Source: Candidatus Undinarchaeota archaeon
Lineage (GTDB): Archaea > Undinarchaeota > Undinarchaeia > Undinarchaeales > UBA543
NCBI GenBank assembly: GCA_964636545.1
Contig: CAZWSR010000002.1
Location: 32,001 to 96,000 of the forward strand
Length of the DNA: 64,000 nt
Direction: 5' to 3'
Shown here piece after piece: positions 39,687 to 49,753 of this stretch. Numbering within the stretch: the first letter of the stretch is position 1; every line of letters starts with the position of its first letter. The notes under the pieces are model-generated. The model did not search any database. It saw only the letters and a list, made by a program, of their open reading frames with translations, and had not been told where the DNA came from. Made by a program: the position numbers and the translations under genes.

Positions 39687-41858
39687 CTACTCCCCATATT
39701 TCTCACTAACAACTTTCCGTATATTTTGCGCTTTCTTCTCCCCAATCTTGTCAATCTTCATCAAATTAGTTTCACTTGCAGTAACAATTTTCTCAACACT
39801 TCCAAATTTCTCAAGCAATCGTTTTGCCAAACTAGGTCCAACTTTCGGCAATGATTCAATAATAAACTGTTGCTGTTCCTTCATCAAAATAGGAACTCGT
39901 TCACTTCGCAATGCAACTTCTTTTTTATTGTCAAATTGCTCCCTTCCTGCAAGCACTTTCAAAAAACCAGCAGTGTCTTGCACATCTTCAGTATAAACAA
40001 TTGGGATTCCATAATCAATAGCAAGCGAGGATAAAGCACCTCTAATCGCATTTGGATGAATATTTCGTTTTCCATGTAATCTATCTCCTTCAACAATCAA
40101 TAACGGTTTTTCAAAAACCCTAGAAAGAGATGCTGCTTGTTTCATCAATCGTCCGTCAATCAGTGATTGCAGAAAATCATCAACACTTTTCCGCTCAATC
40201 CCAACCCTTTCCGAAACCTGAAAATCAGCAACATCTAATAATTTCATTCGAACTTCAACACCATTATTTGATAATTCTTTCAGTATTCCAGAACCAGACT
40301 CTCGTGAATCAGCAAAAATAACTGGCATATTTGATTCTTTTTTCTGAAACCTATCTAAAGTCTTCTGTCCAACCCCCTTTCCCTTGAAACTATTAAGTGC
40401 GGTTTTCATATTCTTTTCTTTCCGTCTTGCCGCCCAATAATATGCTTCATCTCTTGTGCCTTTTGTAATCAACATTGAAACGCGACCAGGCGCGTGCCTT
40501 GCGGTTCTGCCTGCTCTCTGGATACTCCTAATTGCGCTTGGAACTGACTCATAAAAAACAATATGATCAACTGATGGAATATCTAATCCTTCTTCCCCAA
40601 CTGAAGTTGCAACAAGCACATTGTATTTTCCTTCCCTAAAATCATCTAATCGTTTTATTTGCTCTTTCTGAGAAATCCCCTTTCCTGCTTTCCCTTCTGA
40701 CTGACCAATAAGTTTTCCTGCAGTAATTCCATTTTCCTCTAAAAGTTTCATTACACTATCAACACTTGCTCGATAATGCGCAAAAACAATTGTTTTCTCA
40801 GCTGGTTCAAGAATTTCAATCAACTTCGCCAACTTAGGATGCTCAACTCCTGCATCCTTCATTAAACCAACTTGCCAAATAGCTTCCTTAAACTCAGGAT
40901 TCACAAGCAAGTTCTTTGCAGCTTTTGAACTATCTGACCTCATTTTATCAAAATAAGCAACAAGTGGGGCAATCCCTTGCGTTTCCAACATTTCTTGAGC
41001 ATGATTTATTTTCATTACAGCAGCTAGGGCAGAAATATATTGGTACAAATCAGTATTCTGCGCAGCATCTCTTGCCAACTCGCCTTGCAATCTCAAAACT
41101 TCTCTTTTCCTTAAATAATTTACATTTTCACTTTTGATAATCTCACCTTTTTTCAAGAATCTTAAATAACTTTTCAAAACCGACTCCAACAATGATTTAA
41201 CTTTTGTAAAATCTTTTGGCAATTCAACTTCAATGTGCTTGAATGCTCTATGTTTTACATATGGCCGCACCTCTTCATCATCCCGATCTCGCGCTTCCAC
41301 TTTGTCAATGTAAAGTGCATTACAAATTTGCTCAATGCTTTGTTTATCAGTTCCAGGCGACGCAGTCAGTGCCAATATCCTCTGATTTGCATCACTTTCA
41401 ATATATTTTTTTGCAATAAATGGATATGGATATTCTCCAACGGCTCGGTGTGCTTCATCAAAAATCACTAAAACAAACTCACTCAGGTCTAGTTTTTTTG
41501 TAATCAAATCATTTTGAATGACTTGTGGAGTTGCGAATATGAAGTCTGAGTCTTTGTAATTGTTCTCTCGTTTTCCAGGAAGTGTCTGACCTGTAAAAAC
41601 TTGAAAATTATCATCACTTAGGTTAAATGCTTCTTTCCAGGTTGTGCAGTGCTGTTCAACAAGCGGTCTAGTCGGAGCCATAAACAGAACTTTACCTTTT
41701 AATTTCTCAGCTCTGTGAGCAGCCAACATGGCGGCAATATGTGTTTTTCCCAAACCAGTTGGCAAAACAACCAGAGTATTCGCTGTAGTAGCTGTGTTAA
41801 AAATACTCTCTTGATACAATCGCGGCTTAAGCCCAGCCGGATCCATTATTCCTCCCAT
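39687..41858 (-). CDS. hef: Hef (FANCM-like helicase + ERCC4 nuclease)
   Basis: PTGLGKT, DEAH, TASPG, QRAGRTAR, ERKSVDDF, C-terminal HhH. Confidence 0.95.
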   Translation of the reverse strand: MGGIMDPAGLKPRLYQESIFNTATTANTLVVLPTGLGKTHIAAMLAAHRAEKLKGKVLFMAPTRPLVEQHCTTWKEAFNLSDDNFQVFTGQTLPGKRENNYKDSDFIFATPQVIQNDLITKKLDLSEFVLVIFDEAHRAVGEYPYPFIAKKYIESDANQRILALTASPGTDKQSIEQICNALYIDKVEARDRDDEEVRPYVKHRAFKHIEVELPKDFTKVKSLLESVLKSYLRFLKKGEIIKSENVNYLRKREVLRLQGELARDAAQNTDLYQYISALAAVMKINHAQEMLETQGIAPLVAYFDKMRSDSSKAAKNLLVNPEFKEAIWQVGLMKDAGVEHPKLAKLIEILEPAEKTIVFAHYRASVDSVMKLLEENGITAGKLIGQSEGKAGKGISQKEQIKRLDDFREGKYNVLVATSVGEEGLDIPSVDHIVFYESVPSAIRSIQRAGRTARHAPGRVSMLITKGTRDEAYYWAARRKEKNMKTALNSFKGKGVGQKTLDRFQKKESNMPVIFADSRESGSGILKELSNNGVEVRMKLLDVADFQVSERVGIERKSVDDFLQSLIDGRLMKQAASLSRVFEKPLLIVEGDRLHGKRNIHPNAIRGALSSLAIDYGIPIVYTEDVQDTAGFLKVLAGREQFDNKKEVALRSERVPILMKEQQQFIIESLPKVGPSLAKRLLEKFGSVEKIVTASETNLMKIDKIGEKKAQNIRKVVSEKYGE

Positions 41859-41937
41859 ACTATTCCTTGAATGCAGTTACATATATTCTTATTGCCACTC
41901 GAAAAAGTTTAAAACCACCCCCTCCTAAATCATTATC

Positions 41938-42171
41938 ATGCGCAAAAAAGCAATTCGAAAACTCAAACAGCTTCGCAAATCTAAAGAGATTTCTTCTTGG
42001 TTCAATGCTTTCTCAAACAACATCCTGCCTCCAGTCTTTTTCCTTTTCGTTGCAACTGTTGCCTTGCACTTCATTCCAAAGGTTTCAAACATGTTTCTCC
42101 GCACTAACCTTGGTATAATATCGCTAGCCTCCGCCGGACTTTCACTTTACATAATCACCCTCATGTTCTAA
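41938..42171 (+). CDS. small membrane protein
   Basis: Basic N-terminus and 2 TM helices; TATA-like TTTAAA upstream. Confidence 0.55.
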   Translation: MRKKAIRKLKQLRKSKEISSWFNAFSNNILPPVFFLFVATVALHFIPKVSNMFLRTNLGIISLASAGLSLYIITLMF

Positions 42172-42209
42172 CTCAAAATCTTTATATATGGCTTACAGTA
42201 ACTCTTAAT

Positions 42210-42797
42210 ATGGGAATTAGATCTATTATAAAGAAAGTAGCCGGAGGGCTCAAGGAATCAATTGGTCTTGGTAAATCCAAGGACCCAGACGCTGATTTTG
42301 GTATGGATGAGGTTGGAGAAGTTCCAGCAGAAGCACTTGACGAAACTATTTCTGAAGAAACTGATGAATTACCAGAATTGGCACCAGAACTACAGGAATC
42401 TGAACCTGAAGAAGAACCCGCAGCTGAAGAAACTGGTTCAGAAGAACCTGCTGAAGAAGAAACACTCGATGATTTAGATGATCTTGATGAATCCACAGAA
42501 GAAGCTCCAGTGAAAGATACAGAAACTGATGTGGAAGAAACTGACTCTCTTGACGAAGAACCAGTTGAAGAATCTGTTGAAGACCTCGAAGAAGAACCAA
42601 AACCAGCTGAAGAAGAACCAGCACCAACCTCTCCAGAAGTTGAATCAAAAATAGAATCACTTGAATCTCGTCTTGCTTATCAGAAATCAGAAATGGACCG
42701 GTTCACAGAGCAAATCTCTTTCCTGAACCAGAAAATCGACCATCTTCAGGAAGAGCAAATGGAACTTGAACAACAGTCCAAACACAAAGAAGAATAA
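42210..42797 (+). CDS. highly acidic protein with N-terminal amphipathic helix and C-terminal coiled coil
   Basis: MGIRSIIKKVAGGL, D/E/P-rich middle, heptads. Confidence 0.65.
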   Translation: MGIRSIIKKVAGGLKESIGLGKSKDPDADFGMDEVGEVPAEALDETISEETDELPELAPELQESEPEEEPAAEETGSEEPAEEETLDDLDDLDESTEEAPVKDTETDVEETDSLDEEPVEESVEDLEEEPKPAEEEPAPTSPEVESKIESLESRLAYQKSEMDRFTEQISFLNQKIDHLQEEQMELEQQSKHKEE

Positions 42798-42799
42798 TC

Positions 42800-43411
42800 A
42801 TGGCACCAACTAAGAAGGGAAAATCCATTTTCCTTCATTACGAAACCGCATTCCTCGCTGTTATACTGGTTGCCGCACTTGTAATCACAACAACTCTTTT
42901 CTTTCTTCTCTGGAATTTCTTAAAAATCGGCTTTGTCTGGATTATCTGTTTCCTGATTTTCTTTATGATCCGCAAAACAAATCTGTGGAAATTTTCTATT
43001 GAGGTTCACTTTTTCATGATTTTCGTGACGACGTTTGTTTTTGGATGGCTGTTTTCTGTTTCCCTTTTCATTGTAACACTTTTTGTTGTTGTCAAATTTT
43101 TTCGTCCAGATGAGTTACAAGGTGCTATCATAAACCTCGTTTGTCTTGCAATTGTGACTGGTTTGACTGTCTACCTTGCATCTGTCTATGGTATGACAAT
43201 TGCTGCCTCGACATTTGTTTGGGTGGCTACTGCTGTTGTGGCGATTGGTATTGTTCTTGACTATCTCATGATTCTTCGAATATTTCCCTTCATGTGGATG
43301 AAACTCACAATGATGCACATTCTTGAATGTTTTTTACAATACTATTTTATCTCTGCAATTGGTTTCAAAATTTTCAAATTTCTTCTTTCAGTCAAAACTG
43401 CTACACCATAA
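42800..43411 (+). CDS. multi-TM membrane protein (paralog A)
   Basis: Shares VVKFFRPDELQG and WK..IE with 43563-44183. Confidence 0.65.
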   Translation: MAPTKKGKSIFLHYETAFLAVILVAALVITTTLFFLLWNFLKIGFVWIICFLIFFMIRKTNLWKFSIEVHFFMIFVTTFVFGWLFSVSLFIVTLFVVVKFFRPDELQGAIINLVCLAIVTGLTVYLASVYGMTIAASTFVWVATAVVAIGIVLDYLMILRIFPFMWMKLTMMHILECFLQYYFISAIGFKIFKFLLSVKTATP

Positions 43412-43432
43412 GATTTGTAGAAATTGGTTAAA

Positions 43433-43511
43433 GGCAGTAGGTAGAAGGCAGGGGGCAGTAGGTCAATTCCACTGCCTAGTGCCTATTACCCAGTGCCCGA
43501 ACAAATTTCTC
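43433..43511. repeat. 79-bp heptamer-periodic hairpin element, copy 1
   Basis: GGCAGTA/GGTAGAA... versus ACTGCCT/AGTGCCT...; 72/79 identical to 45058-45136. Confidence 0.85.
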
Positions 43512-43562
43512 CACCACTACCATAGAAATCTATATTAATACCTAACATTATTAACTTTTTAA

Positions 43563-44183
43563 GTGAGCACTACGAATAATTTCTCACTTGCCGAACCTGG
43601 GGGACAAAAAAACATACTTTTGCACAAGGAAACTGTCCTCATCATAGGGCTAATCCTAGCTTCCTTAATTCTTGTCTCAGTTTTCTTCTCATTTTTATGG
43701 GCACAATTTAAATTCGGATTTGTTTTCCTACTTGCTTGGCTACTTATTGTCATAACCCGCAGAACAGACTCTTGGAAAATGGGAATTGAATGTTATTATG
43801 TTTTCACATTATTATTTGCATTTGCCTTCAATGGATGGATTGCGTTTTTCATGTCAACTTCAGCACTATTGTTTGTTGTCAAGTTTTTCCGCCCAGATGA
43901 ACTCCAAGGAACCCTGACACAAATCTCTGGAATCGCTGGAATAGCCGCAACAACACACTACTTTTCAGCATATTACGGTCCTGCAATAACTCAATCTCAA
44001 CTTTTGTTTGTCGGCATTCTCTTATTCGGCATCTGGGACTTTGTCCGATTCCTTGTTGCTTTGAAAATCTCTCCTGCACATTGGGTCAAACTCTTTGCTT
44101 CCTTCATCACAGGAATTTTCATTAATTATTTCTACTACATTACATTCGCATACCCACTTCTACAATTCCTCTTGTCCGTCTAA
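43563..44183 (+). CDS. multi-TM membrane protein (paralog B)
   Basis: Paralog of 42800-43411. Confidence 0.65.
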   Translation: MSTTNNFSLAEPGGQKNILLHKETVLIIGLILASLILVSVFFSFLWAQFKFGFVFLLAWLLIVITRRTDSWKMGIECYYVFTLLFAFAFNGWIAFFMSTSALLFVVKFFRPDELQGTLTQISGIAGIAATTHYFSAYYGPAITQSQLLFVGILLFGIWDFVRFLVALKISPAHWVKLFASFITGIFINYFYYITFAYPLLQFLLSV

Positions 44184-44232
44184 ACCCTAACTATTTTAAA
44201 CCCACATTACTAACATTGTTGAGGGGAGAATA

Positions 44233-45048
44233 ATGAAAAAAATCTTAATTGCACTAATAATACTCTTGATAGCGGTTCCACTTTGTTTTGCAGTAGGCAG
44301 TCGAATTGTACTTGTAGCTAACACAATTGATTATGCAAATGCTGGTGACCTTGTTGAGCACTTGGATTCTAATGGAAGGCCAGTTTTGCACATAACAGCA
44401 CAACAATTAGATGCTCACAACCAGGAGCGATTTATCATAATCTTGGGTGGGCCTGATGCACCAGAAGGAATTGGAAATCAAGTTCAAGAAATTCTCCCAG
44501 AAAACGAGCAGGAGTTCCTACGAGAACTCAAAAACAACAAGCTAATGTTTGCAACAACAAATGTGTGGCGCAAAGGACAAATCGTTGTTGTTATGGCTGG
44601 TAATGACAGAAACGGAACAAAAAATACAATGATTGAAAACAAAGATTCTGTACTTTCTGAACTAACTGAATCTCGTGCAAACACACTTGCTGAAAACACA
44701 GATAACATTGAACTGAATATTGAGGATTTCAATTATTCACTCAACAGATCTGACGGCTACTGGTATTTCCACTGGGTTGAATACACTTTGACGCACGATG
44801 ACACAGAAAGCATTCAGCCAATGATTGATGTTGAACTAAAACGCAAACTTGGCCTTAAATACAATTCAGTTTTCCTAAACACAAATGTTACTCATTTTGA
44901 TTCACTTTTCAAACCAAATGACAAATGGATTGACACGCACACTGAAGATGTGAAACTAATTGTTGGCAAGTACAAAATGATTGTGAGATTACGGGATGGC
45001 GCGGACTCAACTGTAATCAAAGAAGATGTTGAGGAGTTTGAGATTTAA
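44233..45048 (+). CDS. secreted/S-layer-associated protein
   Basis: Signal peptide; VANTID...IIILGGPDAPEG...AGNDR pattern. Confidence 0.65.
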   Translation: MKKILIALIILLIAVPLCFAVGSRIVLVANTIDYANAGDLVEHLDSNGRPVLHITAQQLDAHNQERFIIILGGPDAPEGIGNQVQEILPENEQEFLRELKNNKLMFATTNVWRKGQIVVVMAGNDRNGTKNTMIENKDSVLSELTESRANTLAENTDNIELNIEDFNYSLNRSDGYWYFHWVEYTLTHDDTESIQPMIDVELKRKLGLKYNSVFLNTNVTHFDSLFKPNDKWIDTHTEDVKLIVGKYKMIVRLRDGADSTVIKEDVEEFEI

Positions 45049-45057
45049 GTTTTTACG

Positions 45058-45136
45058 GGCAGTAGGTAGTAGGCAGGGGGTAGTAGGTCTGTTCCACTGC
45101 CTAGTGCCAACTACCCAGTGCCTGAACAAATTTCTC
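45058..45136. repeat. 79-bp heptamer-periodic hairpin element, copy 2
   Basis: Direct repeat of 43433-43511; sits between convergent genes. Confidence 0.85.
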
Positions 45137-45725
45137 AAATAAGCAAATTTCCCCAAAACAAGGAAATAATCGCTATTGCCAACCCTATTCCCCAATATGT
45201 TCTATTCCACTCCAAAACTTTTCTTCCATCTAATGGTCCAAATGGAATTAAATTAAACAAAGCTAAAAATGCATTAACATAAACTCCAGTTCCAGCAACT
45301 GCTACAACAAGTGGATCAACTGCAAAAAGTCCAATCAATCCAAAAACACCAATCAAACCCAAATTTACTAGTGGTCCAGCAAATCCAATTTTCCCAACAT
45401 CGCTTTTGCTCCCATGCTTTCCTCCAAAATAAACAGCTCCTGGTGCAATAAACAAGAACTTAGTCCCAAACCAATTTGTTACAATTGCCATCACAAGAGC
45501 TGCAATCAAACCTTTCTTCCACATCCGATACTCTGCATTGAAACCGAATTTCTGAGCAGCGAATTTGTGTCCAAGTTCATGAAAAGCAAAAGCAGGCGCA
45601 ACAACAATCAAAGCAAGAACAGACATTACCAAAGTCATTACCATATCTGACTGCCAACCAATAGCAAGTGAAATAACTAGAATTGAAATTGCAAGTTCTT
45701 TTATTTCAATTTTGGAAAATTTCAC
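45135..45725 (-). CDS. M50 (site-2) metalloprotease
   Basis: HELGH, AGPLVN, FNLIPFGPLDG. Confidence 0.9.
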   Translation of the reverse strand: MKFSKIEIKELAISILVISLAIGWQSDMVMTLVMSVLALIVVAPAFAFHELGHKFAAQKFGFNAEYRMWKKGLIAALVMAIVTNWFGTKFLFIAPGAVYFGGKHGSKSDVGKIGFAGPLVNLGLIGVFGLIGLFAVDPLVVAVAGTGVYVNAFLALFNLIPFGPLDGRKVLEWNRTYWGIGLAIAIISLFWGNLLI

Positions 45726-45910
45726 TCTACACTCTTAACTTCTATTGGTTTTCCTAAAATAAGTTCTGCTGCTCGTACAACAGATCCTCCAGGACCAATT
45801 GCTCTTCCAATTTTGTCCTTGGAAACATAAACAGTTAGTTTTTCATCAGCGGTTTCAAGTTTTTCAACAACTACATCAAGCATTCTTTCTAAATCTGTGG
45901 TCTCTGTCAT
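45722..45910 (-). CDS. single KH-domain protein (NusA-like)
   Basis: IGRAIGPGGSVVR...LGKPIEV. Confidence 0.7.
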   Translation of the reverse strand: MTETTDLERMLDVVVEKLETADEKLTVYVSKDKIGRAIGPGGSVVRAAELILGKPIEVKSVE

Positions 45911-46018
45911 ATCAAAATCACCAAATTGACATATGTAACCGGTATTTAAATGGTTTTCCTAACCACAAAAATATATAAACACTAAAGTAAAACAGATTGC
46001 ACCGAGAGGGGATTAAAA

Positions 46019-46363
46019 ATGGCTGTATGTAATTTAACTGAATTAATGGGAAAGGATGTCTACACACGCAACGCAAAGTTCGTTGGGAAAATAGACGACA
46101 CTATGATAGATACTGAGAAGGGTAACTTATACGGAGTAGCTGTTGGTTTGACAAAAGAAAGTTTCTTGTCAAAAGCACTAACAGGCTCTGAAGCTGGAGT
46201 CCGCAAGTCAATCTTGATTCCATACCGCGAAATTATTTCTGCAGAGGACATAATTATTGTTACAGTTCCAAAGCAGTATGAGCGACCAGAAGATGTTGCA
46301 ACACCAACCGACGAGGCTGAAGAAATTATCTTGCCTGGTGTTGGCGGAAGCGAAGAAATTTAA
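46019..46363 (+). CDS. PRC-barrel domain protein (CdpB-like)
   Basis: GKDVYT..AKFVGKIDD...IPYREI.SAEDIIIV. Confidence 0.8.
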   Translation: MAVCNLTELMGKDVYTRNAKFVGKIDDTMIDTEKGNLYGVAVGLTKESFLSKALTGSEAGVRKSILIPYREIISAEDIIIVTVPKQYERPEDVATPTDEAEEIILPGVGGSEEI

Positions 46364-46396
46364 GGAATTTATTTGTGTTTGAATAGTTTGAGCTAG

Positions 46397-48076
46397 CTAG
46401 GTCTCTATCTCCACTTCATATACCTCAACCCACCACAACGCATCCTTGTTACCCTCTTTTGCAAGAGCTATTAAATATGTTTTTACAGTCTCTTTCATAA
46501 TTCCACCAGTAATCACTTTCAGCTCTCGCGCAATTACTCCTGGTGTGATCTTTTTTCTCCACTCTTTCTCATCCATCTTTCGGATGTTCTGTATATAATT
46601 AAGGATGTATGACTCACGGTAGCTTTTAGCCAGTTTCCTGTTGTGAACCATAATCCACCAGGATGCTTCATCCACCCCTCTCTCTGCCATTCTTGCCATA
46701 GCATTTTTTATCACAGCATTTGAAGAGTATATTTCACGAGATTTCAGGAATTTTATTACCTCTTTAAAAAATGTTTTGCGCTTCCAGTCCTTTTCTGACT
46801 CATTTATTCTCACTCGTTTCAAATACTGAAGAATAGTGATTTCAAGCAGTTTATCTCTGTCCAACTGTTTGTGATTTTTTAACCACCACTTTGCTACTGC
46901 AATATTTTCTCCCCCCAAATATTCCAAATGATTTATTATAGCATCTATTTTTCCGTTTTCTACTCCCATCTCTTTTATGAAACTTTCTAGTCTGCTGGCG
47001 CCTGTTTCCTTCACCCATTTTATTCTCGGCATATTCTCTTGCACAGTTTTGATATAGCAAACCAGTAGCTGATTCATGATAGACATTATCTTTTCATTAT
47101 CCCAAACAGGAACTGCGATTAAAAGGTCTTCCCTCTTTATTGTAAGCTTCCAACAATCCTCTTCTTTTTTTATTATCCTAGACCGTTTCAGCATATTGAA
47201 CAAGTGTTCATGTTTTGCTTTAATCCAGCCATTTTCATTGCGTCCTCTTGTATATGTGAATGCTAGAATATCTCTGTCTTTGCATGTTTCTCTCAGGTTC
47301 TTCCATAAGATATTTTCAGGATCTGCTTTTACTTTCTCAATCAAGATCTTTAGCAAGTATAAGTAACTTGGATTTAGTTTTGAAAGTTTTCTAAGTGTTT
47401 TCTTATCTAATGTAATCACTTTTGGATTCGGATTTGTTAACTGTTTTATTTCCTTTTGTTTTTTCTCTGGTTTTTCTTCAGATCCGTGAAGCCCCTGCCA
47501 CCAAATCGTCTCATCCACTCTTTGGCTTGAAAGTTTGTCAATATATTTTCGGACACTTCTTTCATCTAATCTTTTTAGTCCTTTTTTCCTTAGAAGTTTG
47601 GTTATCTTTTCAATTCCAGTTTCTTTCTGCTTTTTCTCCTTACCCCATCGTTTCTCCATGACTTCTGCAAGATAACAAATAATGAGCTGTTCTTCGATAC
47701 TAAAAAGTCCTTCTATACTCTCTCCTGGAATAGCTACTAAAATTTCCTCTGGGCTTATCTTCAAATAAGCGCCACCTGCTTTTCTATCCCACTCAACTAT
47801 TCCTGCTCGTTTCAAATGGTTATAAAACTGGCGCGGATGCACGGTTATGTCACTACTTGCCTCGCCAGTGGAGAAAAAGATTTTGAATACTTGAACTTTT
47901 ACACCTTCACAAGTTCTGCTAAAATCTACCCATCTTACTTTTTCAGGATCTGGTTTTACAACTGTTATCAGCCGTTTCAACAAAAACAGATTTGTTTTAC
48001 TCAGGCGAGCTAATTTTTTTATTATATCTTTTGGCAAACTCCAGATGTGGGGATCAATTTGTTTTATAGATGTCAT
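46397..48076 (-). CDS. hypothetical repeat protein
   Basis: Two ~200-aa repeats and four WW-terminated modules. Confidence 0.65.
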   Translation of the reverse strand: MTSIKQIDPHIWSLPKDIIKKLARLSKTNLFLLKRLITVVKPDPEKVRWVDFSRTCEGVKVQVFKIFFSTGEASSDITVHPRQFYNHLKRAGIVEWDRKAGGAYLKISPEEILVAIPGESIEGLFSIEEQLIICYLAEVMEKRWGKEKKQKETGIEKITKLLRKKGLKRLDERSVRKYIDKLSSQRVDETIWWQGLHGSEEKPEKKQKEIKQLTNPNPKVITLDKKTLRKLSKLNPSYLYLLKILIEKVKADPENILWKNLRETCKDRDILAFTYTRGRNENGWIKAKHEHLFNMLKRSRIIKKEEDCWKLTIKREDLLIAVPVWDNEKIMSIMNQLLVCYIKTVQENMPRIKWVKETGASRLESFIKEMGVENGKIDAIINHLEYLGGENIAVAKWWLKNHKQLDRDKLLEITILQYLKRVRINESEKDWKRKTFFKEVIKFLKSREIYSSNAVIKNAMARMAERGVDEASWWIMVHNRKLAKSYRESYILNYIQNIRKMDEKEWRKKITPGVIARELKVITGGIMKETVKTYLIALAKEGNKDALWWVEVYEVEIET

Positions 48077-48199
48077 CTACTATACTAATCCAGACAAAGT
48101 TATATATAATCTTTTCTCAAAATTCCAAAAAATAAAAATAACAACCAACAACATCTTACTGCTGTTGGTCCTTGGAAGTTTTTGTTTAAACTTTTTCCT

Positions 48200-48637
48200 T
48201 TATTCTGCAGGTGCTTCTTCTGGCGCTGGCTCTTCAGCTGGAGCAGCTTCCTCAGCCGGAGCTTCAGGTGCTGGCTCTTCTGCTGGCGCCTCAGCTTCAG
48301 GAGCAGGTTCAGCTGGTGCTTCCTCTGCTGGAGCTTCTTCCGCTGGTGCGGTTTCTGCTTCAACTGGTGCGTCTGCTGCTGGTTCTGCTGGTGCAGCTCC
48401 TGCTAGCGCAGCCATCTCCTTAACTTTTGCGCACACGAAGTCAATTACTTCAGGTGCATCCGGAATTGTAAAGCTCTTTTTGAACCTCTTAGATCCGTCC
48501 GGCGCAAAGAAACCACGTGAGATCGCAATGAACTCGTTGGTTCCTTCTGGTGCAATAGCTCTCTTTCGAGCAACTTCAAGGAAGTTGTTGTTTCCAAAGG
48601 GAACTTCTTCTGCTTTTATTGTTTCAAATTCTACCAT
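48200..48637 (-). CDS. small beta-rich protein (possible PC4/Pur-like nucleic-acid-binding fold) with A/E/P tail
   Basis: FGNNNFLEVARK...FIAISRGF...RFKKSFTIP; fold is inference. Confidence 0.55.
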   Translation of the reverse strand: MVEFETIKAEEVPFGNNNFLEVARKRAIAPEGTNEFIAISRGFFAPDGSKRFKKSFTIPDAPEVIDFVCAKVKEMAALAGAAPAEPAADAPVEAETAPAEEAPAEEAPAEPAPEAEAPAEEPAPEAPAEEAAPAEEPAPEEAPAE

Positions 48638-48742
48638 TTTCTTTTTCCTCCATAGTAACATCCAAAGAACTCTAGAATTTTCCTAGGTTTGAATTGTAAC
48701 TTTTTGCAATCTAGAACTATCTTAAGTTATTTAAAAAGTTTC

Positions 48743-49678
48743 CTATTCTTCTTGCTGGTTTTCTTCCTCTTTCCCAATTTTCAAAAGATCACCTAACTCA
48801 ATTCCTTCTGGCAACATCTCCTCAGTCCCACCAATTTCTTCTTTCAGCATCCCAACAATAATGTCGGCAACTCCCAAAAACCCAGTGCAGTCGCACATTT
48901 TCATATCTCCAGGCCGAACAGCGCATAATTTCATATTAAATAATTCATCAGCACCTTGCATTTCCTCTTCATCAAATCCTTCTAATGTCAGCACACCAAG
49001 AATGTATGCATCACCATTCAATTCAGCAATTGTGGCGCTCTTGAGTCTATATCCTGGATATTCCTCAAGTAAAAATTCCAATTTCTCTGGATTACTGTAC
49101 TGCGTTGCGTTTTCTCCAAACAAAGTCCCCATCTCCATTTCTTTCAATACACTGCGAGTCTGCAAACAAGTTGGATCTTCTGGCTTGAATATTCCACCAA
49201 TTACTGGCAAATCAAATTTCTCCCGAACTGGTTGAGGAACAACGAATCCAATAATAATTGCAACCAAGAGAACAACTAACAGCGCCGCTCCAATAATTCT
49301 TTTGTTATCTAAAAATAACCTACTGATGAATGATTTCCCCATTTTCTTCTGATGATGTGTTTTTCTATAAAACATCAGGAAAAAGCTTATTGAAGAAATA
49401 ATTGATAAACCAACTCCTGTAACGAAAATCTTCAAAGGAGCTTGTATGAACACTGGTAGGTCCCAGAAATTCGGCAAAAATACGCCTAAATGGAATGAGA
49501 TGAAAAATATGATGCTTCCGAGCACAATTCTGGCCACCATTCGATAACTCCATGAGATTTTGGGTAGTCCGTGCCTTGCTAATGAGCCGTAAAACAGTAT
49601 GAGTGACAGCGATCCTAATACAGTTCCCCAAGTTATGAGTGCAGGGAGGTACTGAATCAGTTTGGTTAAATCAGGCAT
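48743..49678 (-). CDS. membrane protein with extracellular C-terminal domain
   Basis: About 4 TM helices followed by a Cys-containing domain. Confidence 0.6.
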   Translation of the reverse strand: MPDLTKLIQYLPALITWGTVLGSLSLILFYGSLARHGLPKISWSYRMVARIVLGSIIFFISFHLGVFLPNFWDLPVFIQAPLKIFVTGVGLSIISSISFFLMFYRKTHHQKKMGKSFISRLFLDNKRIIGAALLVVLLVAIIIGFVVPQPVREKFDLPVIGGIFKPEDPTCLQTRSVLKEMEMGTLFGENATQYSNPEKLEFLLEEYPGYRLKSATIAELNGDAYILGVLTLEGFDEEEMQGADELFNMKLCAVRPGDMKMCDCTGFLGVADIIVGMLKEEIGGTEEMLPEGIELGDLLKIGKEEENQQEE

Positions 49679-49753
49679 AATAGTGTAATATCCAGCAACT
49701 GTTTTTAAGGTTATTGGAAAGATATAAAACAAATCAAAACTAGTTAATTAAGC

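Noticed and set aside
48045-48686. 213-aa Ala/Ser/Gly-rich + strand ORF and similar low-complexity ORFs (9726-10358, 42182-42660)
   Set aside because: Antisense shadows of acidic low-complexity genes.
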